Notes: generated from the sequence alone by a model not told the origin. A stretch of 57,265 bases of DNA from Thermodesulfobacteriota bacterium (GCA_035288385.1 DATEAM010000130.1:1-57265), one strand, 5' to 3'. Numbered from the stretch's first letter, positions 9,199 through 17,375 are shown. A program made the numbers and translations.

Positions 9199-10313
9199 GT
9201 AGTAGGAAAACTTCGTAGGTATATTATCCTGTAGCGCGGAGCGCCGGTCATGGCGCCGCGCACGGGCACCCGCCCCTTCCGGCCCCCCCCCTCCCCGGCG
9301 GGGCTTATGAGGGCGAGGACGTTTTGGAGCCTGTAGAACTGGTTTTTGCCCGGCCCGGGGGCTATATTCTCTGAAAGGGTCTTTAACCCAACGTGATAGC
9401 CCCTCTCTATGAAGTGGCTTACGACCCCCGAGACCTCGTCCACCATGTCCTCGAAGAGATCCTCTGCGCCGGGGGAGGAATAATTTTCAAAGTTTATGAG
9501 GACCCTTCTTTCGCTCTCCGCATCGAACTCCTTGACCTTGAGACCGCCGCCGGAGGCGGCCGACCTCCAGTATATGAAGCGGGAGTCGTCCTGAAAGGTA
9601 TAGTCCCGGAGGTTATGGAGCTGTGTGCCGTCGCCCTTTCTCCTCGACGACCTCTGCCCGGTTGACCGTACGGGCGGCGGGGCGGCGGGCACGCGCACGC
9701 TCTTCGGCCTCGGATAGACGGTAACCTCGGCCTCCACAGACTCCTCCTTGCCCTTGCAAAAGAGCCCGAAGGGGAACCTCGTTGAGACCTTTATGGCGGT
9801 GAGCGTAAACCTGCCTCGCCTTTTGAAGACGTATCTCGCGTTTATCTGCTCTCTGTGACGGGGGGCGAGTCTTACGATGTAAGCCGGCTCGGAGCAGACA
9901 CCCTCGGCGCGGACCTCCTCAAGTCTGAAGGATATGGAGGCGAGCCGTGTTTTTTTGTTCTCGATGAAGTACTTCACCGCCGAGGGCTCGCCCTTGTAGA
10001 CGTGCCTGGGCACGCGTCTTCGGACCTTTACGCCCTTTAAGGTGACCTCGGACATGATCCCGGAGATGATTATGAGGGAAAGCAGGGTGGCTACCACAAG
10101 GTAGAGGAGGTTGTTCCCGGTGTTTATGGCGGCAAGCCCGATGAAGAAAAGAACGGCGAGAAACCACCAACCCTCGCGCGTGACCCTTAAAGACCTGGGA
10201 AGGAGAGACCCGCGCCTGCCCGACTGCGTTAAACCCCCGCGCTTCTCAAAAATCCTCCCGACGAGGACCGTGAGCCAGGGTAGTGGTACCGATATGGCGG
10301 GCCTTATGCTCAT
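9189..10313 (-). CDS. DUF58 family protein (MoxR-associated, vWA-like)
   Basis: N-terminal TM pair and the DUF58-type motif LRDYTFQDDSRFIYWRSAA. Sits between the MoxR ATPase and the transglutaminase, which is the classical triad. The C-terminal tail contains a G9 run on the coding strand (9283-9291). Confidence 0.75.
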   Translation of the reverse strand: MSIRPAISVPLPWLTVLVGRIFEKRGGLTQSGRRGSLLPRSLRVTREGWWFLAVLFFIGLAAINTGNNLLYLVVATLLSLIIISGIMSEVTLKGVKVRRRVPRHVYKGEPSAVKYFIENKKTRLASISFRLEEVRAEGVCSEPAYIVRLAPRHREQINARYVFKRRGRFTLTAIKVSTRFPFGLFCKGKEESVEAEVTVYPRPKSVRVPAAPPPVRSTGQRSSRRKGDGTQLHNLRDYTFQDDSRFIYWRSAASGGGLKVKEFDAESERRVLINFENYSSPGAEDLFEDMVDEVSGVVSHFIERGYHVGLKTLSENIAPGPGKNQFYRLQNVLALISPAGEGGGRKGRVPVRGAMTGAPRYRIIYLRSFPTTCS

Positions 10314-10342
10314 AACCTACGCTTGAAGATGGTTTATATTGT

Positions 10343-10520
10343 GGGGAACTTTCTGTAGAAAGTTCCCCCCAAACCCCCTTCAAAGACTTTTAGCTGATTA
10401 CCCTTTGGAGGTAGACCCCCTTCTACGCGAATTTCATCTCCCGGGGGTCTACCTCCAAAGGACAGCCAAAAATTTTTGGAAGGAGTTTGAGGAAACCTTT
10501 TTATAAAAAGGTTTCCTCAA
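10343..10520. repeat. Nested-palindrome intergenic element, copy A (three hairpins; ERIC/MITE-like)
   Basis: Hairpin 1 is ggggaacttt/aaagttcccc. The central hairpin has a 19-bp stem, cctttggaggtagaccccc/gggggtctacctccaaagg, with a 22-nt loop. Hairpin 3 is gaggaaaccttttt/aaaaaggtttcctc. Alignable to 20809-20994 along both arms. Confidence 0.75.
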
Positions 10521-10548
10521 TAAAATCCGTCTTCAATCGTCGGCCCGG

Positions 10549-11493
10549 TCATACCGGCACGTTCAGGGTAGAGAGTATTTCCTCCACGAGCATGGTGGAG
10601 TCGTTCAGGTCTTCTTCGGATCCCTGTGCCAGCGGGATTATCCTGTGGGCGAAGACGCTTGGCGCGAGTTTCTTGATGTCGTCGGGCGTTGTGTACTCGC
10701 GACCCGATACGAGGGCATGGGCCTGGGCGGCGCGGTAAAGGGCCATGGTGCCGCGGGGGCTCACGCCGAGTCTTATGTCCCTGTGGCCTCTGGTGGCCTT
10801 TCCTATGGCGAGTATGTAGCCGACGAGGTCTTCGTCGACTCTTACCTTTTCGGCGAGGTCCTGGATTTTGAGGACCTCTTCGGCGGAGAGAGCGGGTTTA
10901 AGGTCCCTTATGATCTGCACGGTGGATATGGACTGTATTATCTTTTTCTCCTCGGCCTCCTCGGGGTATCCCAGGCGTATGCACATGGTGAACCTGTCGA
11001 GCTGGGATTCGGGCAGGGGAAAGGTGCCGGAGAACTCGATGGGGTTCTGGGTGGCAAGGAGCATGAAGGGCTCAGGAAGGGGATATGAAATCCTGTCCAC
11101 CGAGACCTGGCGGTCGTTCATGGCCTCGAGGAGCGCGCTCTGGGTCTTGGGGGTCGCCCTGTTTATCTCGTCGGCGAGCACTATGTTGGCGAATATGGGG
11201 CCCTTGCGGAAGCCGAACTTGTGTTCGTTCTGGTTGTATACCGTAACGCCTATGCAGTCCGAGGGGAGGAGGTCGCTCGTGAACTGGATCCTCTGGAAGG
11301 TGCAGTTTATGCTCCGGGCGAGTCCGTGGGCGAGGGTGGTCTTCCCCACTCCCGGCACGTCCTCTATCAGGAGGTGGCCACGGGCGAAGAGGGACGTCAC
11401 CGCGAGCTCGATAGCCTCGGATTTGCCGCGTATGACCTTCTCGAGGTTTTCGGTGAGACCCTTTATCTTCTCGTATGCCCCGGAGAATTCCAT
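10549..11493 (-). CDS. moxR: MoxR-like AAA+ ATPase
   Basis: Walker A VPGVGKT, Walker B LADEINR, and the LLEAMNDRQVS and ATQNPIE motifs typical of the MoxR/RavA family. I prefer the ATG at 11493 (MEFSGAYEKI...); the track start at 11532 is a TTG 13 codons upstream. Confidence 0.9.
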   Translation of the reverse strand: MEFSGAYEKIKGLTENLEKVIRGKSEAIELAVTSLFARGHLLIEDVPGVGKTTLAHGLARSINCTFQRIQFTSDLLPSDCIGVTVYNQNEHKFGFRKGPIFANIVLADEINRATPKTQSALLEAMNDRQVSVDRISYPLPEPFMLLATQNPIEFSGTFPLPESQLDRFTMCIRLGYPEEAEEKKIIQSISTVQIIRDLKPALSAEEVLKIQDLAEKVRVDEDLVGYILAIGKATRGHRDIRLGVSPRGTMALYRAAQAHALVSGREYTTPDDIKKLAPSVFAHRIIPLAQGSEEDLNDSTMLVEEILSTLNVPV

Positions 11494-11650
11494 ACCATCA
11501 CTAATATAACAGATGCAAGGCCCTTTCGTCAATTAAATGCAACACTATCCGGGGCTTAGTTGTTTCAGTCTTTTGCCAGTATAAAAATTTTTCGGTTTTT
11601 TTAAAGTCCTCCCGAGTATAATATCTATTTCAATCTCCTGTCTGTGACCT

Positions 11651-11673
11651 GGGGGGCGGGGGGCGGGGGGCGG
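11651..11673 (+). repeat. (GGGGGGC)x3 perfect tandem repeat in the divergent moxR / pilin control region
   Basis: Direct reading: ggggggc ggggggc ggggggc gg. Confidence 0.9.
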
Positions 11674-11816
11674 ATTTGCCCGATGCGGCTCGGACAAAAA
11701 AATGTCCGAAAATTTTGCGTATTAATGAAAAAAGTAGAAAGCCCAGTATCCCTTGAGCATCCATCGGAGCGTTGAAATTTGCACTGAAAACATGGTGTTA
11801 GCCAGACGTTTCTTTA

Positions 11817-11832
11817 TGGCACGCTTTGTGCA
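11817..11832 (+). promoter_or_regulatory. Sigma54-like -24/-12 element upstream of the major pilin gene
   Basis: TGGCACGCTTTGTGCA versus the consensus TGGCACG-N4-TTGCW. The GG-N10-GC spacing is kept, with one mismatch in the -12 TT. It lies 53 nt upstream of the ATG at 11870. A TATAAT hexamer (11837-11842) overlaps, so a sigma70 alternative cannot be excluded. Confidence 0.4.
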
Positions 11833-11869
11833 GTTATATAATCTCAGAAAAACTTTCAGGGAGGTGGAG

Positions 11870-12349
11870 ATGAGCAGGTTATCCAGAATAGTAGTTCTCG
11901 CCGCCGTTGTAGCAGTAGCTCTTGCGATCACGTCCGGTTCCGTGTACGCGGCCACGGCTACCGACACTCTCACCGTCTCGGCCACGGTCAGCGACCAGTG
12001 CAGGGTAAAGAGCGTTACGGACATCAACTTCGGCGTCTACGACCCAACGGAGGAGACAACCCCCACTGACGCGGACGGGGACTTTACCTTCAAGTGCACG
12101 AAGGACACCGGTTACGACCTCTACATAACGGGGGCCAGGTCCATGACCGACGGAACAAACACGATATCTTACGAGCTTTACACGAATTCGGGAAGGACCA
12201 CCGCCTGGTCGACGACAAGTCCCGGGGTGACGGGCACCTCGGCGAGCAACGCCGACGACACGAGGGGCATCTACGGGAGGATAACACCGGCCCAGGACGT
12301 GCCCGCCGGTTCCTACTCGGGTACGGTCACAATAACGGTAGAGTATTGA
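11870..12349 (+). CDS. Spore-coat-protein-U (SCPU)/Csu-type fimbrial major subunit
   Basis: Signal peptide MSRLSRIVVLAAVVAVALAITSGSVYA, then ATDTLTVSATVSDQCRV ... the C-terminal SCPU signature AGSYSGTVTITVEY. A GGAGG RBS lies 6 nt upstream of the ATG at 11870. The track start at 11753 adds 39 implausible residues. Confidence 0.85.
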   Translation: MSRLSRIVVLAAVVAVALAITSGSVYAATATDTLTVSATVSDQCRVKSVTDINFGVYDPTEETTPTDADGDFTFKCTKDTGYDLYITGARSMTDGTNTISYELYTNSGRTTAWSTTSPGVTGTSASNADDTRGIYGRITPAQDVPAGSYSGTVTITVEY

Positions 12350-12385
12350 CGCCGGGCCGTTTATTAGTTAATTAAAGGTCGCAAT

Positions 12386-12415
12386 AAAAAAAGGGGGCGA
12401 GGGCCCCCTTTTTTT
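12386..12415 (+). terminator. Rho-independent (bidirectional-looking) terminator after the pilin gene
   Basis: A7 - gggggc GAGG gccccc - T7. Confidence 0.7.
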
Positions 12416-12451
12416 ATTGAATTACACGGCGAATGCTACTATTATTCACTC

Positions 12452-13204
12452 ATGCAGAGTCTGCCCGCGCTCCTTCTCCTTTTGCTGACCTTCATACTCA
12501 CGCCATCCGCCGTCATTGCGGCCGACTTCTCCGTAAACCCCGTAAGGATATTCTTCCTGCCGGGAAAGACCACTGACACGATATCCATAAAGAACCTCTC
12601 CGATGAGACCCTCACGTTGCAGCTCACCGTGTTCTCCTGGGACCAGGGCGGCGACGGGGAGGACGTCTATGCCCCGACGGAAGAGATAATATCCTTCCCG
12701 AAGATATTGAAGGCGGAAAAGGGCCAGGAGCGCATCATAAGGGTGGGCTCACGGGTCCCCGCGGGAGAGAGGGAGAGGACCTACAGGATCTACCTGGAGG
12801 AGATATATGAACCCGGCGCCGTGCCCCCTGAGACCACGGAGTTGAAAACGCTCCTGCGCGTGGGGGTCCCTGTTTTTATCATGCCCGCGAAGGTCGAGAC
12901 CGCCGCCGAGATAGAGGGGGCCTCCCTTGAAGCGGGCGAGCTCAGGTTCACGCTCTCGAACATGGGCAACCATCACTTCATTATCAGGGGCGTATTTGTG
13001 GAGGGCGTGGGGGCCGGAGGGGAGGCCGTTTTCGAAAGGGAGCTTGCCGGCAGGTATCTGCACGGCGGCCGAAAAAAGGCCTTTGCCGTCGCCTTGCAGG
13101 AGAATGAATGCGTCGGGATAAGGAGCCTCAGGATAGACATAAAAACCGATAGACTCTCGTTAACCAGGACACTGGATGTCGAAGCAGGCATGTGCGCCCC
13201 TTAA
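12452..13204 (+). CDS. Periplasmic fimbrial chaperone (PapD/CsuC-like)
   Basis: Signal peptide, then FSVNPVRIFF ... TISIKNLSDETLTLQL ... YRIYLEEI. About 250 aa, two-domain size, positioned between pilin and usher. Confidence 0.85.
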   Translation: MQSLPALLLLLLTFILTPSAVIAADFSVNPVRIFFLPGKTTDTISIKNLSDETLTLQLTVFSWDQGGDGEDVYAPTEEIISFPKILKAEKGQERIIRVGSRVPAGERERTYRIYLEEIYEPGAVPPETTELKTLLRVGVPVFIMPAKVETAAEIEGASLEAGELRFTLSNMGNHHFIIRGVFVEGVGAGGEAVFERELAGRYLHGGRKKAFAVALQENECVGIRSLRIDIKTDRLSLTRTLDVEAGMCAP

Positions 13205-15545
13205 GTTAATTTTCCTCTTTCTCTTTGCAGTCCTCGCCTTTTCACCCGCCGTGGTCTCCTCTCAGGAGATTATCGTCCTGAGGATAATAGTCAACGCCGT
13301 GGACCTTGGCGACAGCTTCGTCGTCCTGACCCCCGAGGGCGACGTATGGGTGGAGAGGGAGGTATTAACCAGGGCTCGCCTCAGGGACGGGGTGGGCTCT
13401 ACGGCGACCTTCGAGGAGAAGAGGTACGTCTCCCTCTCTTCCGTCCCCGGCCTCGAGTTCAACCTTAACGAAGAGGAAGTGTCCCTCGAGATAGAGGCCT
13501 CGGCCGGGCTTTTCGAGGAGCAGAAGATAGACGTGGCGCATAAAAGGCCCTACGAAATAGTCTATACGCGGGAGAACTCCGCTTTTTTCAACTACTCCCT
13601 CAACTACCACCCCGACGACTCGGCCGCAGACCTTTCCACCGAGCTCGGGGCGAGGGTGGGGGACTGGCTCGGCACGTCGACCTTCGGCTACGAAATCAAC
13701 TCTGAGCGCGACAGGTTCGTAAGGTTACTCACGACCCTTTCCATGGACGACAGACCGGGGCTCAGGAGGGTCAGCCTCGGGGACTTCAACTCCGCCTCGG
13801 GGGTCCTCGGCACGGGCACGATCCTCGGCGGGATAAATTTTTCTAAGGACTTCTCCATCAACCCCTATTTCCTCCAGTACCCGGCCCTCTCCTTGAGCGG
13901 CGCCCTCAAGACCCCCTCCGAGGTGGAGGTATATGTTAACGGGGTGCTCGTGAGGAGGGAAAAGCTCCTTCCCGGCGAGTTCGAGCTCTCAAACGTCCCG
14001 GCGAGCATAGGGCTCGGGTCCTCAGAGATAGTCATACGCGACGCCTACGGCGCCGAAGAGGTGGTGTCCGAAAGCTTCTTCTATACAGACAGGCTCTTGA
14101 AGCGCGGGCTCCACGAATACTCCTTAAGCCTCGGTTTCCTGAGAGAGGACCTCGGGGAGGAGAGCTTTTCCTACGGCGACCCCGTGGTCCAGGCCTTCCA
14201 TAACGTGGGCCTGACACGCGCCCTCAAGGGCGGGTACTCCCTCGAGGCGTCCCCCGAGCTTGTAAGCGCCGGGCCGACGGCCTCATTAAGGGTCATGAAC
14301 ATCGGGGTGGTGGACGCGGCGCTCTCGGTGAGCGGCTCAAGGAACAGGGGGGGCGTCGGGGGGTTTCTCGGATACTTTTTCAGGGGCCACCGGGTAAACG
14401 TGGCTCTCTCGCTAAGGTATCTTTCGAGGCACTACTCAAACCTCGCCATAGACGCCCTCGAGGATAAGCCGCGTTTGCAGTTCACCGGCTCGGCCGGAGT
14501 AAACCTCCCGAGAGTCGGCTCCTTTTCCGTGGATTACTCGACGACGGACTATTATACAGGCGAGGGGAGCGGGGGGGGAGGGGGGGGAGGGGACACGGAC
14601 CGTTATGCCCTCCTCTATACGAGGAACATTACGACCAGAGCGAACCTCTTCGCCACCGCATCGAGAACGGAGGTGGATAACGGGGAAGACACGGACGAGG
14701 TCTTCCTCGGCCTCCACGTTTATTTCGGAGGCGACGTCTCCGGGAGCCTCGGCTATACCGGGGGCGACGACGGGGAGGTAAAGAGGGCCTCGGTGCAAAG
14801 GAGCCTGCCCGTAGGCACGGGCCTTGGCTTCAGGGCCCAGGCCGAGGACCTGGGAGACGGGACTGACCTCCTTGCCGACGCCGACTATCAGACGGACTAC
14901 GGCACATTCGGCGCCGGCTACAGGGAGACGGGCCCGGATAAGGACTACTTCCTCTCAGCCTCGGGAGGAGTCGGCTACATAGACGGCTCCGTCTTTTTAA
15001 GCAGGCCCGTAACGGACAGCTTCGCCAAGGTGAAGGCTGGCGAAGTGGAGGACGTAAGGGTATATTACTTCGGAGAAGAGGCGGGCAGGACCGACTCCAG
15101 GGGCGAGTTGATAATCCCGGTATTGCGCTCATGGCGAGACAACAGGGTCGACATAGAAAAGCAGGACATCCCCATAAACTACTCCATCCCTTCGTCTACC
15201 ATGTACGTGAACCCGCCCCTGAGGAGCGGTTCCCTCGTGGAGTTCGACGTGACGAGGGTCCAGGGCCTCTCGGGCCATGTCTACGTCGTTTTAGAGGGCG
15301 AAAAGGTTCCTGTTGAATTTTCGAGGATGCTCGTTATACTTAAGGAGAGGGCGGTGGAGGGGCTTGTGGGCAGGCACGGAGAATTTTACGTGGAGAACGT
15401 CCCAGAGGGCACTCACCCGGCAAAGGTCTTTTTAAAGGAGAGGGCGTGCGTCTTCGTTATAACCGCCCCGGGAGGCGATGAGGCATGGGTGGACCTGGGG
15501 GACATGGTCTGCGAGTTGGGTGCAGAGGAGGTCACGGGGCAATGA
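13176..15545 (+). CDS. Outer-membrane fimbrial usher (CsuD-like)
   Basis: A 789-aa beta-rich protein with a signal peptide (LIFLFLFAVLAFSPAVVSSQE). It overlaps the chaperone 3' end and is followed by a second SCPU gene through an ATGA overlap. Contains in-frame G-run blocks at 14345-14363 and 14564-14592. Confidence 0.85.
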   Translation: MSKQACAPLKLIFLFLFAVLAFSPAVVSSQEIIVLRIIVNAVDLGDSFVVLTPEGDVWVEREVLTRARLRDGVGSTATFEEKRYVSLSSVPGLEFNLNEEEVSLEIEASAGLFEEQKIDVAHKRPYEIVYTRENSAFFNYSLNYHPDDSAADLSTELGARVGDWLGTSTFGYEINSERDRFVRLLTTLSMDDRPGLRRVSLGDFNSASGVLGTGTILGGINFSKDFSINPYFLQYPALSLSGALKTPSEVEVYVNGVLVRREKLLPGEFELSNVPASIGLGSSEIVIRDAYGAEEVVSESFFYTDRLLKRGLHEYSLSLGFLREDLGEESFSYGDPVVQAFHNVGLTRALKGGYSLEASPELVSAGPTASLRVMNIGVVDAALSVSGSRNRGGVGGFLGYFFRGHRVNVALSLRYLSRHYSNLAIDALEDKPRLQFTGSAGVNLPRVGSFSVDYSTTDYYTGEGSGGGGGGGDTDRYALLYTRNITTRANLFATASRTEVDNGEDTDEVFLGLHVYFGGDVSGSLGYTGGDDGEVKRASVQRSLPVGTGLGFRAQAEDLGDGTDLLADADYQTDYGTFGAGYRETGPDKDYFLSASGGVGYIDGSVFLSRPVTDSFAKVKAGEVEDVRVYYFGEEAGRTDSRGELIIPVLRSWRDNRVDIEKQDIPINYSIPSSTMYVNPPLRSGSLVEFDVTRVQGLSGHVYVVLEGEKVPVEFSRMLVILKERAVEGLVGRHGEFYVENVPEGTHPAKVFLKERACVFVITAPGGDEAWVDLGDMVCELGAEEVTGQ
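14564..14592 (+). repeat. G4-AGC-G8-A-G8-A-G4 block in-frame in the usher (encodes GSGGGGGGGD)
   Basis: Direct reading: ggggagcggggggggaggggggggagggg. Confidence 0.9.
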
Positions 15546-16003
15546 GGGTCCTAAGAGCGATAACTCTCGCGTCACTACTCATATTATTGCTGCCGGGACC
15601 GGCCAGGGGCGCCTGCAGCGTCTCTTCGACCCCGATAAACTTCCTCGGCTACGACGTCTTTCTTGCGAGCCCTCTGGACTCCACGGGCACGGTAACCCTC
15701 GACTGCGACGAGACGCCCACACCCGATGTAACGGTATCCATAAGCCAGAGCCCCAACTCCGGGGGGTTCTCCCCGAGGCGGATGAAGCACGCCGCGCTTC
15801 CCGACCTCCTTGACTACAACCTTTACACCGAGTCCACGAGGGTGAATATATGGGGCGACGGCACCGGGGGGACCTCTACGGTCTCGAGAAGGGTGCCGAG
15901 GAATGCGCCAAAGGCCCTTACCATATACGGCAGGGTCCCACCCCTTCAGGACGCCCCGGCGGGAGGTTATCTCGACACCCTTACGGTGACCATTACCTGG
16001 TAG
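15542..16003 (+). CDS. Second SCPU-domain fimbrial subunit (minor/tip subunit candidate)
   Basis: Signal peptide MRVLRAITLASLLILLLPGPARGA, then CSVSSTPINF ... the C-terminal GGYLDTLTVTITW. The ATG at 15542 overlaps the usher stop (ATGA). The track start at 15485 lies inside the usher. Confidence 0.8.
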   Translation: MRVLRAITLASLLILLLPGPARGACSVSSTPINFLGYDVFLASPLDSTGTVTLDCDETPTPDVTVSISQSPNSGGFSPRRMKHAALPDLLDYNLYTESTRVNIWGDGTGGTSTVSRRVPRNAPKALTIYGRVPPLQDAPAGGYLDTLTVTITW

Positions 16004-16373
16004 CGGGTCTTTTTACCGTAACCCGGCCCCCCAGAGGCCCCTCGGCTTTTTTTCCGCACTGCAGAGAACCCCATCTTTTTTTAAAACCCCCCCCCTGGGA
16101 AAGGCCCCTTATACCTCCATAAACGCACACCCCGTGGAAAGCGCACACTTGATGAACTTTTTTAACTCCCTACGGGAACTCGACGTTTTTTAAAGAAAAA
16201 ACCCACCCTTTTTTGATCATATCGAACCTCCCCCCTTCACATATGCCGAAAACGCGCATATAATTAGAATACAGGTTAAAGGCGTTTTGATTTTTACATT
16301 TAAAATCATGGGCTTTGCGAAGATGCCTCGTGGCACGGTTCTTTCTATGTATATGTATCAGGAGGAAGGGACC

Positions 16374-16847
16374 ATGAGATACGCTCTGTACATTATGATG
16401 ATATTCCTCCTTTCGCTCCTCCTTTTCACGAAGGACAAGGCGGTCTCCGGCAACGCCTCCGCCTCCATGTCAGTCACTACCGAGGTCAGGAGCTTTGTCT
16501 CGAAGGAGCTTATCCGCCAGGCCCTGGAGGTAAACGTAACCGAGGCCGACGCGAGGAAGGGGTACGTCGATGTTGCAGGGGGGACGGTTATACGCATAAC
16601 GACGAACTCGGGCCGCGGCTATACCCTCTCGTTCAACAACGACTCCACGGCCTTCGGGGAGATTTGGGTAATAGACGGGGAGAGGACTACAGTGATAACG
16701 GGCCCTGTCGGCCTTATCCATCAGGGCGCGAAAACGGATGAGACAACCGACGTGACCAAGGAGCTTAGCTACCGGTTCTTCCTCGCCGGGCACACCGGGC
16801 CCGGCTCATACCCGTGGCCCCTTACCCTTGACGTTATGGTCCTGTAG
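16374..16847 (+). CDS. Secreted beta-rich hypothetical protein, possibly a divergent pilin-like subunit
   Basis: A GGAGGA RBS lies 7 nt before the ATG at 16374. Signal peptide MRYALYIMMIFLLSLLLFTKDKAVSG. The C-terminus PGSYPWPLTLDVMVL echoes the G-x-Y...(L/V)T(L/V) endings of the two SCPU proteins. Confidence 0.55.
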   Translation: MRYALYIMMIFLLSLLLFTKDKAVSGNASASMSVTTEVRSFVSKELIRQALEVNVTEADARKGYVDVAGGTVIRITTNSGRGYTLSFNNDSTAFGEIWVIDGERTTVITGPVGLIHQGAKTDETTDVTKELSYRFFLAGHTGPGSYPWPLTLDVMVL

Positions 16848-16903
16848 GGACCGGGGAAGCTGAGGCTCTTGGCGCCTTTTTCCCCGGGGAGCTTTCCCGC
16901 AGC

Positions 16904-17135
16904 CACACGACCGTCAGCGAAGAGGGATTTTCCTGCAGGCCGTGGCAGAGGCCAGGCTCCCGGTTTACGGGCCCGACCGCCTGAGCCCGCCTGAGAAGCG
17001 AGGGCCCCTCGAGAGGTTTTTCCCGCACTTCAAAAGCGTCCTGATATACGTGCCCCTGGCGGCCGCCGGAGGTAACTCTTCTTCTCGGGCACCGGGTGGA
17101 CGGTGGAGCCATCGTGGGAGTTGTCTTTGTCAACG
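16904..17135 (+). pseudogene. Decayed N-terminal fragment of a cation-transporting P-type ATPase (at least two frameshifts, body of the gene missing)
   Basis: Read across frames 2 -> 1 -> 2: HTTVSEEGF / AEARLPVYGPDRLSPPEKRGPLERFFPHFKSVLIYVPLAAA / VTLLLGHRVDGGAIVGVVFVNA. This matches the Cation_ATPase_N plus TM1-TM2 pattern (..YGPN.L....R..L.RF..QFK..LIY.LLAAA.V...LGHW.D...I..VV..NA) and then breaks off. Confidence 0.6.
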
Positions 17136-17217
17136 CCTCCTCCACCGCATATGTGTCGTGCACCCGGTCACGCTTATCAATGTAACGTCCCTAGTAACGT
17201 CCCTAATCAATAATCCC

Positions 17218-17245
17218 TTGACTGCTACAACGGTTATGGTAGAAT
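17218..17245 (+). promoter_or_regulatory. Sigma70-type promoter for tRNA-Gly
   Basis: TTGACT (17218-17223), 16-nt spacer, TAGAAT (17240-17245); about 38 nt upstream of the tRNA. Confidence 0.5.
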
Positions 17246-17282
17246 TTTCGATGCGATCCTATCCTGAAAAATAGAAAAACAC

Positions 17283-17358
17283 GCGGGAGTAGCTCAGTTG
17301 GTAGAGCGCAACCTTGCCAAGGTTGAGGTCGCGGGTTCGAGACCCGTCTCCCGCTCCA
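17283..17358 (+). tRNA. tRNA-Gly (anticodon GCC), CCA encoded
   Basis: 76 nt, gcgggagtagctcagttggtagagcgcaaccttGCCaaggttgaggtcgcgggttcgagacccgtctcccgctcca. Cloverleaf with a 7-bp acceptor stem, GTTCGAG T-loop and anticodon loop cttGCCaa. Very close to E. coli tRNA-Gly(GCC) as I remember it. Confidence 0.97.
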
Positions 17359-17375
17359 TTTTTTTTTAAGCCCCA

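Noticed and set aside
10343-10520. The nested-palindrome elements considered as an autonomous IS or transposon.
   Set aside because: They are about 180 bp with no coding capacity, and there is no transposase in the window. At most they are non-autonomous (MITE-like) or REP/ERIC-type structural repeats.
10549-11532. The MoxR AAA+ ATPase considered as the missing sigma54 enhancer-binding protein for the pilin promoter.
   Set aside because: It lacks the GAFTGA loop and a DNA-binding HTH. Its motifs and operon partners (DUF58, transglutaminase) are those of MoxR chaperone-like ATPases.
11753-11869. 5' extensions of track ORFs. They start at 11753 for the pilin, 15485 for the second SCPU gene, 16287 for the pilin-like ORF, 17475 for fur, 26908 for hisC and 28085 for aroF.
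   Set aside because: In each case an internal ATG with a good Shine-Dalgarno sequence begins the signal peptide or the conserved N-terminus. The upstream part overlaps another gene, a repeat or a promoter.
7201-16003. The moxR-DUF58-transglutaminase operon plus the adjacent chaperone-usher pilus considered as one novel combined system.
   Set aside because: The two units are divergently transcribed, and each is a well-known self-contained module. I see no shared or bridging gene. The adjacency alone cannot support a functional link.
16942-17274. The listed 110-aa ORF between the pilin-like gene and tRNA-Gly.
   Set aside because: It is the middle frame of a frameshifted P-type ATPase remnant plus read-through into the tRNA promoter. 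It is not an intact gene.
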